A stretch of 64,000 nucleotides of DNA. Source: Neoconidiobolus thromboides FSU 785. Taxonomy: Eukaryota > Fungi > Entomophthoromycota. The notes beneath the pieces were generated by a model. That model did no database searches. It was not told the origin of the DNA and saw only the letters and a program-made list of their open reading frames with translations. How positions within the stretch are numbered: position 1 is the stretch's first letter; every line of letters starts with the position of its first letter. A program made the translations under genes and the position numbers. Below are positions 51,476-63,073 of this stretch, piece by piece. The stretch spans positions 275,380-339,379 of the forward strand of contig MU626260.1 of the NCBI GenBank assembly GCA_025603075.1. The letters are read 5' to 3'.

Positions 51476-54400
51476 ATGGGTTGGATTAATAACAGTGCCA
51501 TTATCTATAATACATATCAAGATTTAATTTTATTAGAAAAAAAACATAATCAAGAACAACTTACTTCGTCTGATTTACAACCTAATACACCTATCAATAC
51601 TAAATCTAATGTTCCCGAGATTAACATAATTGATGAATCAGGGGTTTCAGTACCAATTTCTCATTCACATAGTAATAGTATTGGTACTTTTAATGTCAAA
51701 TCTACTGTTAGTTCCCCACTACAGCAGAATTTTCATTTAACACAGGATAATAAACCATATAATAAACTAAATCATTCAATACCTAAAGATAAAGGCATAT
51801 TAAGTTTACACTTGGCTCCAAATAAAGAATATTTTATATGTATTACTCATAGTTCAGTAGAATTATGGGTGAATAAAGTAAGTTTTTTAATTGACTGATT
51901 GATTTAATGTTTAAGATTTATGGCTTTAAATAGCCCACTATATTGGTAGCTCAAATTATACGCACCGAGGATTCTTTAGTTACTCAAGGAGGGAATGTAG
52001 ACATTAGTTGGAAAAAAGAAAGTAATGCATTTTGTGTATTTGTAAGCATTTATTATTTAATTATAACAATATTATATAATATTATAATATTATTTATTTA
52101 TTTATTTCAATTAATATTAATATTTCTTATTTTTTGTAGACAACTAAAGGATATATTTATTTTTATGATATTACTAATAAATTAATCAACAAATCCAATA
52201 ATCGACAAAATTATTACCCTTTAAATCAAGATATTTCCAATCAATTAAATAGTTTTGATATTAATAATAATAATAATTGTTGGTTAAGAAATCCAAATAA
52301 ATATTTTGATTTAAAAATTAATATAATTATATTCGTTGAGGCAGGGATTAGATGGTAAGTTAACGAGCAATAATAATTTGATTTAATAGCATAAATATAT
52401 TTATACTTATATTATTTAATATTACATGTTATTAATATTATTAATTATTTTAGTTTAATGTGTTTAAATGATGAAATATTAGTATCAACAGAAAGAAATC
52501 CATCCCTTAATTCTTATGGCTGGAAAGAGAAAGTATTATTATCTTCTTTACATTTGGCTTATGATGCTAAATTTTTAACTAATTCAAATGGTAATCAATG
52601 ATATAGTATATGATTTATAATTATAATATTATTATTTATTTAAATTTATTTTAGTAATGATTAATGAAATCAATTATGATAATTATCAAAATTTATTTTT
52701 ATTTTTAACTTCGGATGGCTCAGTTTATTTAACTAAAAGAAAAGTTGAATTAAGTATCGTATGTCAATTATCATTAATAATTAATAATTAATAATTAATA
52801 ATTAATAGTTTGCTGCTGGATCACCTTATGAATGGAATGGTGTACCATGTCATTTATGTGATGGTACTATTGATAGTTATGCTATTCATCTAGCAATTAA
52901 TATCAATTATTATTTGGTTGCTGTAGCTATGAAAAAGTAAGCATTGTAATACATAATATATATTATATATTAACATAGTATATTTAGTAATCAAATTTAT
53001 ATTTATAATTATACAAAAAATGGTAATTCTGTTAAATTAAGTTATAAGATTCAAGTAAATAGTAAAAGTAAGTAGTTAGTTTAATTATATATTCTTTACA
53101 TTAATTATTAATAATAATAATTAGTTAACTGTATTAATTGGTCTGAAAATGGGCAAATATTAGCAGTGGGTACATCGAATAAGGGATTAATAATTTATCA
53201 TTTATTTAATGATATACCCTCGTTTGTAGCTAATAGTGGAAAACATGGATTTGGGTTAAAGTAATATAAATTAAGGTGATGATGTAACAAATTACTCAAT
53301 GAGTTTTTTTAGTTCAATTACAGATGATGATCCATTTTCAGATGTCGTTCATTGGATGGTAAATTAACATCATTATAATATAACAACAATTTGATAAAAA
53401 ATTAATATATTATTATTATTAGAGATGGAATAGTAATGATAATGAATTGTTAATTATATCGAATAAAAATGAAGAGACAAGTAAACATATTTAATAATAA
53501 TAAGAAACTAATTTACTAAATAATTGACTTAATTTAATATTATTTAACTATTTTAATAGAAGGCAAAATTTATAGTTTAAATTTTGAACTATTAAATAGT
53601 ATGAATTATCATACAGATAATAATATTAAATTTCCAATATTATTTGACAATAATCAAATTAAAATGCAATTTTTTGAACAAACAGAACTAGGTTCTATTA
53701 ATCCCAATGCATTAGCACATGTTTCCCAAGTAAGATTGTTCCTTTTTATTAATGTTAATATTAATATTTTAATTTAGATACCTTTGATTTATGCTATGGA
53801 TAATTTTCCTATTAAAGTAATTCAATTTATTATGTTTAACTGGTTTTAATTTTTAATTTTTAATTTTAGTTTGTTAGTGCTAACAAAGATGGTACTCATA
53901 TTGCTATTGCTGGTCAACATGGACTAGCTCATTATTCTTTAATATCTAAAAAGTGGAAATGGTTTAATCAACATAATCAAGTAAAGTTAAATTAATAATA
54001 TAAGTATAATATACTAATGTTAATAAATAATTTTAGGAACAATCTATAATTTGTTTAGGGGGTATAATTTGGTTTAAACAATCAATTATAATTGGATGTA
54101 AAATTGACGATCATAAAAAATATATGGTAAATTAATAATAATATATTAATATTAATAAATAGATTAATATTTTAAATAGATTAAATCGTTTCCAAGAGAA
54201 AAAAATTTAGATATAACTAACGTTAGTTATTCAATTGAATTAAATGAAGAACCCATTTATTTAAATTTAGTTAACCAATTTTTATTGGTTTATACAAAAG
54301 ATAATATTTTAAATTTTTTTGAAGTATTTTCGGATTCAAATGGTAATTTATTGTTAATATTATAATATTATAATATCATAATATCATAATATTTATTTAT

Positions 54401-55831
54401 TATTATGTTTTAGGTAGAGTTAATAATATGATACCTGTACATAAAATATCATTGGAAGGGGTAGTTAAATCACCAGAAATAGTCAAAGGAGTATCTTGGT
54501 TTCCAGGGAATATTAGAGAAGCATTTCCAAAAATGTTAATATTAGTAGCGGGTACATTATTAATGTTTACACCTGAAGTAGTAATTTCAATTAGTTTATT
54601 TTTTTTATCTAATATTTATTTAATATAATAATAGCAAGATAATTCTAATCAAACAAGATATAAAATAACAATGATATGTGAAAAAGTCAATTATTTTCAG
54701 CTATTAGATTTACCGTTAGCAGGAGTTCATTTTACTTTATGGGCTTATAGTGAAGGAGAAATTAAATTATGGTATTATTTACCTGAGGTACCTTATTATT
54801 ATGACAATATAATGGAAGATGAAGATTTTGAAGAAACAAAGACATTAAAACCAGAAATTGTTAATGAGTTCCGATATTGTTTAAGTTATAAAGTACCATT
54901 TTATGTAGTTCAATTAGATATTAAACAAGGATTGATATTTGGTATTGAACAAAATATGAATCAAAGTAATAATATACCAGGGCTTCAATTCATAGTTAAT
55001 TATAAATCACAAATATTATTCTATAAATTAATAGATGAATTAATAATGAATAATTTAGATCAAGAAGCTTATTTGTATTGTTTAAGTTATGAAACATTAC
55101 CTTATTTTAGTTTTGGTTTAGAAATATTTTTACATGATGTATTAGTTAGAGAAGCTGAACAATCAACAAACAATAAAACTAAAATTCAATTAGATGATGA
55201 AAATGAAACATTAGCTTCAGATACAGCTATGTTACCTAAAGTAGTCAATTTGATTAAACAATTTGTTCATTATCCACAAATTATAGTATCTTGTGCTAGA
55301 AAAATAGAAATTGCTTTATGGGATCATTTATTTCAAATTGTGGGCTCACCTATTTTATTATTTAATCATTGTATTAATACAAATCAATTAAAAGTTGCTG
55401 CTTCTTATTTAATAATTTTACATACCATGGAAAAAGAGGAGGTATCTTTTAATGCTACAAGCAAATTAATTCATTTATTAATTCGATATCAAGAAATGAA
55501 TTTATTTCATCAAGTGTTAAAATTTGTACTGAAAATTCATGGGACTAAAGATATCAAGTTTTTAAATAAATATCTGGCTTTTGATTTAGATGTATTAATA
55601 GAAAATAAAGATGATAAAGATAATATGTTTCATGAATCTCCCACTGATTTGTCCCCACAATTGGAAGCTATTAAGGTGGAGGAAGATGCAAATGATTTGG
55701 AAGTAATTAAAACAGAAGATGGAGCAGTTGAACTAAGTGAAAATCAAAAATTAGAGTTGATTGAAAAAAAGGAACTAGATTTATTTTATGGAGAAGAAGA
55801 AAAAGAAAAAGAGAATCAAGAGAATAAATAA
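51476..55831 (+). CDS. RIC1: RIC1 (Ric1-Rgp1 Rab6/Ypt6 GEF subunit), many exons
   Basis: Start MGW at 51476; WD40-like exons. C-terminal RIC1 domain YFSFGLEIFLHDVL, IIVSCARKIEIALWDHLF, LKVAASYLIIL. Confidence 0.88.
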
Positions 55832-56119
55832 AGAAGTTATGGAAACAAAAGCGAATGATAGTAAAAGATAAGAGGTAGAGGGAGATGATAATAAATATGG
55901 ATTTTAATATTGTATAGTTTAATTTGATTGATTGAAATAAAAAACATATATGTTTATTTATCAGAATATTAACACATTTTAGTTTTTTTAATTATTTAAA
56001 TAATTGAATTAATTTATATAATGTAAATAAAGAAATAGTGACTTTTATAATCTCATTATTTCACATTAAGGGTTATCAATGGAATTTTTATTTAACAGAA
56101 AATCAAAAATGAAATATAT

Positions 56120-56195
56120 GGGGATGTTTGATTGGTTTCTTTTTTTTTCAATTTTTAAATACTTTATGTCTTAAAAACTTTGCTTAAATTCTGTA
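56120..56195 (-). mobile_element. MITE family A-related copy, subfamily B (partial)
   Basis: ATAT|GGGGATGTTTGATTGGTTTC followed by TTAAAAACTTTGCTTAAATTCTGTAAAA, shared with the 62981 copy. Confidence 0.55.
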
Positions 56196-56387
56196 AAAAT
56201 TAATTGCTAATAAAAAAGCAAAAGTGGTTAAAGTAGTTTTAAGTTGTTTTATTATAATTTATAAATTAGCAGAGTTTTTAATAAATTTAATAAAAATTCT
56301 CGGATTAGTAAGACTTTTACTAATATAACCTACATACTAATATTAATCAAAGCTGTAATATGCAAATATATAAATATATAAATATAT

Positions 56388-56484
56388 GGGGATGTATTTT
56401 TGTGTTTGATAATTTTACTAACAATTATTCTACTCAAATAGCGCTTAAAAAATGAAAAAAGTAATGAAGACAAAAGATATCCTC
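56388..56484 (+). mobile_element. MITE family A copy (local ATTATTCTACT subfamily)
   Basis: Core ACAATTATTCTACTCAAATAGCGC. Confidence 0.87.
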
Positions 56485-56652
56485 GTATAATAGTTTTGAT
56501 TTACTTATTTTTGATCTTTTTGTATTTTTAATAGTAGGTTGTAATGTTGATATTTTATTGTTATTAGTTCTTTTTAAATATTCATGTTGGTTTCTATTTC
56601 CATCCCTATTTTTATTAAATCTAAAGCTTCCATATTAATCAAAAAAACATAT

Positions 56653-56749
56653 GGGGATGCTTTTTTTGGCTTCATTACTTTTCCCATTTTTTAAGCGCTA
56701 TTTGAGTAGAATAATTGTTAGTAGTTATTAAACATAAAAATACATCCTC
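56653..56749 (-). mobile_element. MITE family A copy (local subfamily)
   Basis: Reverse core GCGCTATTTGAGTAGAATAATTGT. Confidence 0.87.
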
Positions 56750-57152
56750 ATACTGAAACTATAGCCAATAATAATTATTATTATTTTCTATTTTCTGCTT
56801 CTTTTAAAGTACTAATTTTATACATCACTTGATTAAGTTTATTGTTATTAATAGTAAACTAGTGGTTTTCTTGTTTTATCATAAATTTCATGAACTTTAA
56901 ATTACTATAAACAGTTATTAAAATTAATATAAATGAGTTATAACATTTATATAATGTGTTTTACTTTATTATATTAAGTTTTTAAAAATTTCATTAAAGT
57001 TTAGTTATAAAAGCCTGTATTTTGTTTTTATTTTGATAAGTAAAATTAAACAACTATAATTTATATGTTATACATCTGTTAGACAATCGATAAAAATAAT
57101 ACAAAACATGGTAATTAAAGAAACTAGTTATTTAAAAAAAATAATGCAAAAT

Positions 57153-57253
57153 AAGGGACTGTTTTTTTTAGTTTGATTATTTTTCCATTTTTTTAAGCGC
57201 TATTTGAGTAGAATAATTGTTATTAAAATTCTTGAGCAAAAAAACACATCCAC
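57153..57253 (-). mobile_element. MITE family A copy (local subfamily)
   Basis: Reverse core GCGCTATTTGAGTAGAATAATTGT. Confidence 0.82.
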
Positions 57254-57293
57254 ATAACTTAGTTTTAAGCTTGTCAAATTTAATCAATCATAT

Positions 57294-57390
57294 AAGGATG
57301 CATTTTTTTGTTTAAGAATTTTAATAACAATTATTCTACTCAAATAGCGCTTAAAAATGGAAAAAGTAGTGAAACCAAAAAAATACTCCC
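57294..57390 (+). mobile_element. MITE family A copy (local subfamily)
   Basis: Core ACAATTATTCTACTCAAATAGCGC. Confidence 0.85.
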
Positions 57391-57744
57391 GTATGTTAAG
57401 GACTTAAATTTAAAATTTGGGTTAATTTCTAAACTCTGAAAACAATTCAGATATCCTCATATTGGAGTTTTTAAAAATTTATCAAAATTTAGTATAAAAC
57501 TTTGTTTTATTTTTATTGTAGTTTATCAATATAAATATCAAGATCTTCATTTCTATTTTTTTAATATGTTTTCAAACCTTACTTCTGTTTTTCGTTTTAT
57601 TAACCCTTAGCTTATCGTATCTCCTTACTTATTATCTAGCTTACTTTCTACAGTGTCTTTTGTTTAATACCCAATCAACTTTTTAATTAAAATCCCGCGT
57701 TTTTACCATTATAATCTTAAGTTTAAATAATAACTTTAGTATAT

Positions 57745-57840
57745 AGGGATGTATTTTCTTATTTAAGGACTTTAACAATTATTCTACTTAGATAGCGCTT
57801 GAAAAATGGAAAAAGGAATAAAATAAAAAAAATACTGTTA
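57745..57840 (+). mobile_element. MITE family A copy (local subfamily, right end eroded)
   Basis: ATAT|AGGGATG; core ACAATTATTCTACTTAGATAGCGC. Confidence 0.75.
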
Positions 57841-59589
57841 TACTTTAATTTATTTTTACATTTATTTATTTTATCACTACTTAATGTAATATTTTATATT
57901 CTCCTTTTTGGATTCGATGAAAAGTAGGAAAATAATAAATCTGTATTATAAGATTTATAGTTACACTTTCTGAAGTAATACAGTATTTTAATATTAATTA
58001 ATGTGGTGTTTTAATGTTCTATTTTAGTAATAATATATATAAAATTACACCAATGATTTTATTATTACTATAAAATAAATACAAATTTTAAGAATTATTT
58101 GATTAAAAATTAAAAATCAACTAAAAACTCAATACTCATTTTAAATATATACTCCCACTCACAATATTATAAAAAAACATTTAAACACCACTTTTTTATA
58201 TTATTAAAACAAAACTTGAAATTTCACTCACAACCTTGATTTTATTAAACTTAGACATCTTATTTTTTTGCATCTGTAAACCATAGGATATCTTAATTTT
58301 AACTATTACTATTATCTAAAGTCTAAATTTTTTACTATTATAGTATTTCATATCGAATAAATATTTTACTAATGAGCCTTTTTACCTATATTATCTTCAG
58401 TTTCACTGTTATGTTTTTATTTATTAATGAAACAGCTAATTTTTCCTTTTTGTAAAAATCTTGATAGGCTAATGAAATCTAAATGTCTTCGTTTCTGAGA
58501 GTTAAAAAATCGAATAAAAGAGGAGAAAGTAAAAAAGAAATGAAGAGGTAATATAACTATGTTATATTTCAAATAAGGGCTCAAAATAGAGCAGTTGGTT
58601 TCTGATGTAAAAAGAATGTGATATATCAAGGTAAATTTAAATTAGTATAGAGCTTTTTATGTATTAAGAGGAAAATCCGCAAAAGGATGAGCTGAGATAT
58701 CCTTAGGAAAAAACTTAGTGTATCAAGGGTGAATGGTCTACAAAATTGTAGTCACAACAAATACTTGGTAGAATGGAGCTAATATATACATGAATAGGAC
58801 AATTGAGGATATAAGGGTTAATTTACTCTTATTTTATTTTTAAAGTTAACTACAAATTATTAAAATTATACAATACAGTTTGTATTATCAAAATTGGTTG
58901 TCCATTCTCCTTTACGCCCATAAGCTCAGGTTAAAACAACCGTCCTTATCTGAATTCTCTCGTGGCTATTATTGATGGACTTTTTACTAAATAAAAAACA
59001 ATGTCTTTGATATCAAATTGGAAAAAAAATATAATTAGAAAAGTCAATATAACGATAAAATAAAATTGACATAACGAAATAAAGTTAAAATAGGAAAACA
59101 AAAACATTTAAATACAAACTGAAATATTAAAATTGAACAATATTAAATTTAATAAAATTTTATTCATAATCTAATTTACAAAACTTTAATTAAATGTCAC
59201 TTATTTTAATATTAATAGATATCTAATGAATTGATGAATTATTTGTTTAATAGCATTTTTTAAATAAATTTAAATTAGCTACCAATGTAATTAAACACTA
59301 AAAGTGCTGACATTACATATTAGTACAGCTATTTGTTTTTGTTTTTATTTGATTAAGTTATAAAATTATAAAAATCAAACATTGTCTGATTGAGTATATC
59401 ACTCAAGAGTTTAAAAATAATTACTCAATTTCCCTGCTTAATTCTTTTTTGAATTATACATCTATTCGGAAGGTTTAGTTTATTTAAGGTTTTGAAGAAT
59501 ATCAATATATAAAATATTTGAGAAAAATTCAAAGATTTTGAAATTTTTAACAGGCAAGACAGAACGCAACATTTTGTAAGCTATCATAT

Positions 59590-59660
59590 GGCCTATCCAA
59601 GATTCGAAATTTGAGCTTTGACTAATGAGAGCCACTGTCTTATCATTCGGCCACCCCTCT
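59590..59660 (-). pseudogene. tRNA-like relic, identity unclear
   Basis: Minus strand AGAGGGGTGGCCGAATGATAAGAC (Leu/Ser-type D-arm), stem TGGCT/AGTCA with 6-nt loop CTCATT, and TTCGAATCTTGG T-arm half. The acceptor does not pair. Confidence 0.4.
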
Positions 59661-60939
59661 TTACTTGCTTAAATATTAATTTTTAATTTTTCACTTGTGT
59701 AATTTTAAAAAAATGCTACTAAAAATAGCATCTTTAGTAATAAACTTTAAGATAGTTTTTCAAAGCAGCTTTGTATTGTATTGCATTTCTGAGTGTCTTA
59801 GATGTCATAGACATACGTAAGTAATTTAAAGGAATTATTTTAGGTTTAATCTCTAATGATCTTTTGTTTAAAATAATAGAAGCAAAGATTAACAGATTTA
59901 TTTAACTTGATACAACCAACCCTTTTGGGCTAATTTAACCAGATGAATTGTTTTGAAAAGTATTTGTCAATAAGCATTTTTATATAAAGCTAGAAGATCT
60001 TCTAGCATTTTATCATAAAAGAAGTGTGATGTTTTTAAAGTAGGACATGAGAAAAAGAGCAACTGTCTTTAAGTTTTCAAAAAATAGGTGAGGTAGTGTC
60101 TGGAGTTATTTAGGTAAGGAACAAGTTATTAGAATTGAGAATAGAATTTGCTAGAGTGAATAACGGTAGATTTTAAATTCCTGACTCTTAGATAGAAAAT
60201 TAATGTTCTCAGTTTTTATTTAAATTAATAAAATTTATCAAAATTTAGTTACACCGCATCTAGTTTTTAATGTAATATGTGGCTTTAAACGATACATTGT
60301 ATATATACTACACCTTTAATAAAATATTTTACAAAATTGAAGTCAATAATGTAAATTAAAGTTTTATGTTATAAACTAATTCGATGTAAATAATAACTAT
60401 ATTACATTAAGGCATTTTTTATAAAAATAGATTATTTTAATAATAAGCATCAGGTGTGAAAATCTGATAAGTAATATCAACTTTATATAACAAACAGAAT
60501 ATTTCAAATATTAATAAATTTTGAATGATTTGGTAATTGAAGAAGTTTAAGTACCGTGGGTAATTTAACATGATCTTAAAGAACCAATCGATTGAATAAA
60601 AAAATTACTAATGAATAGAATAAATAAATATTTTAATTAAGTAAAAAAAATTATAAAAAAATTAAATAGCAAATGTATTATTGATTATATATATGGATTT
60701 TTTAAAAATTCTAGTATTTATACTAGTTTAATATCTTGATAAGTAAACTACAACATTAATTAATTCAAGATATCATCTTTATTTATTCTTAATTAATTCA
60801 TATTCATTAGTAGCTCGAAAGGCCAAATAACGAATCCTGTTTTCTACTTAATATTTAGCTTATATTTAGTATACAGAGTTTTTTTTAAAACTATATATAA
60901 AAAAACCAAAAGGTACAACGATACGCAATAAAAATTCAA

Positions 60940-62058
60940 ATGCTCCTAGCTTTATCTCTCTTCTTCTTTATCGCTTCTACTTTATGTCAAAATCCCCTTG
61001 GGCTAACATATCTGGATAAAAAATGTTACAAGCTTAACTACGATATGGCTTGGTTTGAAGTTGATATATCATCAAAATATCAACGTAATTGTCAGCCGCT
61101 ACATCATTGGGTGATTTTGGTAGGAAAAGATAGAAACTCCAAAGATTGGTATGAAGGAAAGAGTTGTCTTCGTAATTCAAAGTCTTGTTGCTTAACTTGT
61201 CGTCAATATTGTACTGATAATTTCCGAGTCAAGACTACTGATTCCATTACTGATATGAAAAATTTAGATGTCATGGAGATTACATCGACTCATAAAAGCA
61301 GGGATTATTTGTATTTAGCTCCTAACATTGGGAGCTTAAATTATCTTTCGGTTGATTTGAGACAAGGCTTAAGATCCATTATTGTACCAATGAATAATCT
61401 ACATCCGGATGATCATAACTATCGTCAAGTATTTCAAATTAAAATGACTGAAAGTATTGTTACTAAGATTTTGAATAATACTAATTTATATAATAAAGAT
61501 GCACAAACAATTCAATCCAATGACCATGTATTAGGTATTGATAAGATTTGCTTATTAGCTAATGATATGTTGAGGACCGCTGCTATGCCATATGAGTTTA
61601 GTAACTGCTTTAAATTAATTCCAAATAAAGAAATCCGAACTTCTTGTGGTTATTGGGGTACAAAGTATGATAAAGATCGTGGTTATTTTTGTGGATCAAG
61701 TAAATGGTCAAATGAAGCAGCCACTTTGGCTTCATGTCTTCAAAACCTACCATTAATCAATGCATCTAAAATGGCTTATAACAACAAAGCTTTAGAATAT
61801 ATGAGAACAGCAGTAACAGCTGGTATTTCAGCTATCCCATATGCTGGTTTAGTTTTAGCTGCTACCACTAATGCTATTTTAGGCCCAACTGCTGATGAAT
61901 TAATTCTTAGTGAATATAAAGGGGCTGAATATGATGAAAAATTAGTTATCCTTAGTGGAGTTCGTAAACAAGTTTTAAAGGAAAGTGCCAAACTTGCAAA
62001 AGGATATTTTAAGGAGCATTTTGGTGACATTATCAAATCTATCAAAAACGTATTATAG
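60940..62058 (+). CDS. Secreted cysteine-rich protein of unknown family
   Basis: 372-aa intronless ORF. Signal peptide MLLALSLFFFIASTLC; Cys cluster CLRNSKSCCLTCRQYC; late hydrophobic segment AVTAGISAIPYAGLVLAATTNAIL. Confidence 0.8.
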   Translation: MLLALSLFFFIASTLCQNPLGLTYLDKKCYKLNYDMAWFEVDISSKYQRNCQPLHHWVILVGKDRNSKDWYEGKSCLRNSKSCCLTCRQYCTDNFRVKTTDSITDMKNLDVMEITSTHKSRDYLYLAPNIGSLNYLSVDLRQGLRSIIVPMNNLHPDDHNYRQVFQIKMTESIVTKILNNTNLYNKDAQTIQSNDHVLGIDKICLLANDMLRTAAMPYEFSNCFKLIPNKEIRTSCGYWGTKYDKDRGYFCGSSKWSNEAATLASCLQNLPLINASKMAYNNKALEYMRTAVTAGISAIPYAGLVLAATTNAILGPTADELILSEYKGAEYDEKLVILSGVRKQVLKESAKLAKGYFKEHFGDIIKSIKNVL

Positions 62059-62165
62059 TTTTGTACTATCTCTAATAAACCTTTATCTTTAAATTTGTTT
62101 TATATTTGATAGTTATTTAAGAGCTTAAGTATTGTAGTTATAAGTTTTAACTCTTGAAAGCATAT

Positions 62166-62263
62166 GGGGATGTATTTTTGTATTTAAGAATTTTACTAAC
62201 AAACTTTCGCTTAAATAGCACTTAAAAAATGGAAAAAACAATGAAGTTGAAAAAAACATTCCC
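62166..62263 (+). mobile_element. MITE family A copy (first of tandem pair)
   Basis: ATAT|GGGGATG...CATTCCC|ACAT. Confidence 0.85.
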
Positions 62264-62267
62264 ACAT

Positions 62268-62362
62268 GGGAATGTTTTTTTGTTTAAGAATTTTACTAGC
62301 AATTTTTCCGTTCAAGTGGTGCTTAAAAGTGGAAAAAGTAATGAAGCCAAAAAAACACCCAC
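62268..62362 (+). mobile_element. MITE family A copy (second of tandem pair)
   Basis: ACAT|GGGAATG...CACCCAC|ATAT; shares the 4-bp spacer with the previous copy. Confidence 0.83.
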
Positions 62363-62980
62363 ATATATACGATTACATAACTTCAAACGTGATAGAAATA
62401 CAATACCTTGAAAAAGCATCCCAAAGTTTATTTCTTAGAAGCTAATAAATAAAGCAGTATTACTTTTTTTCTCATTTATATTTACTACATATCTATTATT
62501 ATTTGTGTTTAATATTGACATTACTGATAAGAAGTTTAATGTGCTATAGTATTATATTTGAATATAAAAAGGGAACAATTATTGAGATACAATTTTGAAA
62601 ACCTTAATTCAAATTTTATCTTTTTAGTATTTTATAATGTTGAATATGAAATTATTTGAAAGATTTTTACTAACAACCAATTTGTAATACAAAATAATAT
62701 ATCAAATGAAATAGCTCAATTCCTTCACACGAAGTTTCCTATTAGAAGGAATAAAAGTAATACTTATGTACTTATTATCTACTGTATATAATAAAAGCTG
62801 TATTTTTATTTTTTGAAACGCTCTTTTTTTGGTTATAGTCTTTTAACTATTAATATATAGGATTACAATTACACTTTTAGATTGATAAAGTATTTCGGAT
62901 CTTTTAAGTGTCTAAGATATCTACCATTTAAATCTGGACAGGATAGAAAATTTATTAAGATTTTGTAAAATATAGCCTAT

Positions 62981-63073
62981 GGGGTTGTCTGGATTAGTTT
63001 CATTATTTTATCCAATTTTTGAAAAATTTTGTATTTTAAAAACTTCGCTTAAAATTCTATAAAATCACATCTT
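62981..63073 (-). mobile_element. MITE family A-related copy, subfamily B
   Basis: GGGGTTGTCTGGATTAGTTTCATTATTTT...TTAAAAACTTCGCTTAAAATTCTATAAAATCACATC, similar to the 56120 copy. Confidence 0.5.

Noticed and set aside
58380-58850. ORF 58417-58629 and adjacent hydrophobic fragments
   Set aside because: Interrupted by stops, with no recognisable family; at best a membrane-protein relic.
59590-59660. Considered as tRNA-Sec because of the SBP2-like gene and a TCA in the loop
   Set aside because: No long variable arm, no extended acceptor/T stem, and the loop geometry does not centre UCA.
59989-60006. Perfect 18-bp palindrome GCTAGAAGATCTTCTAGC
   Set aside because: Isolated single occurrence with no flanking structure or associated gene; cannot be distinguished from chance.
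7767-62362. CRISPR-like interpretation of the recurring repeat
   Set aside because: Copies are ~100 bp, dispersed, in both orientations, with TIRs and TSDs, no regular spacers and no cas genes, in a eukaryotic context.
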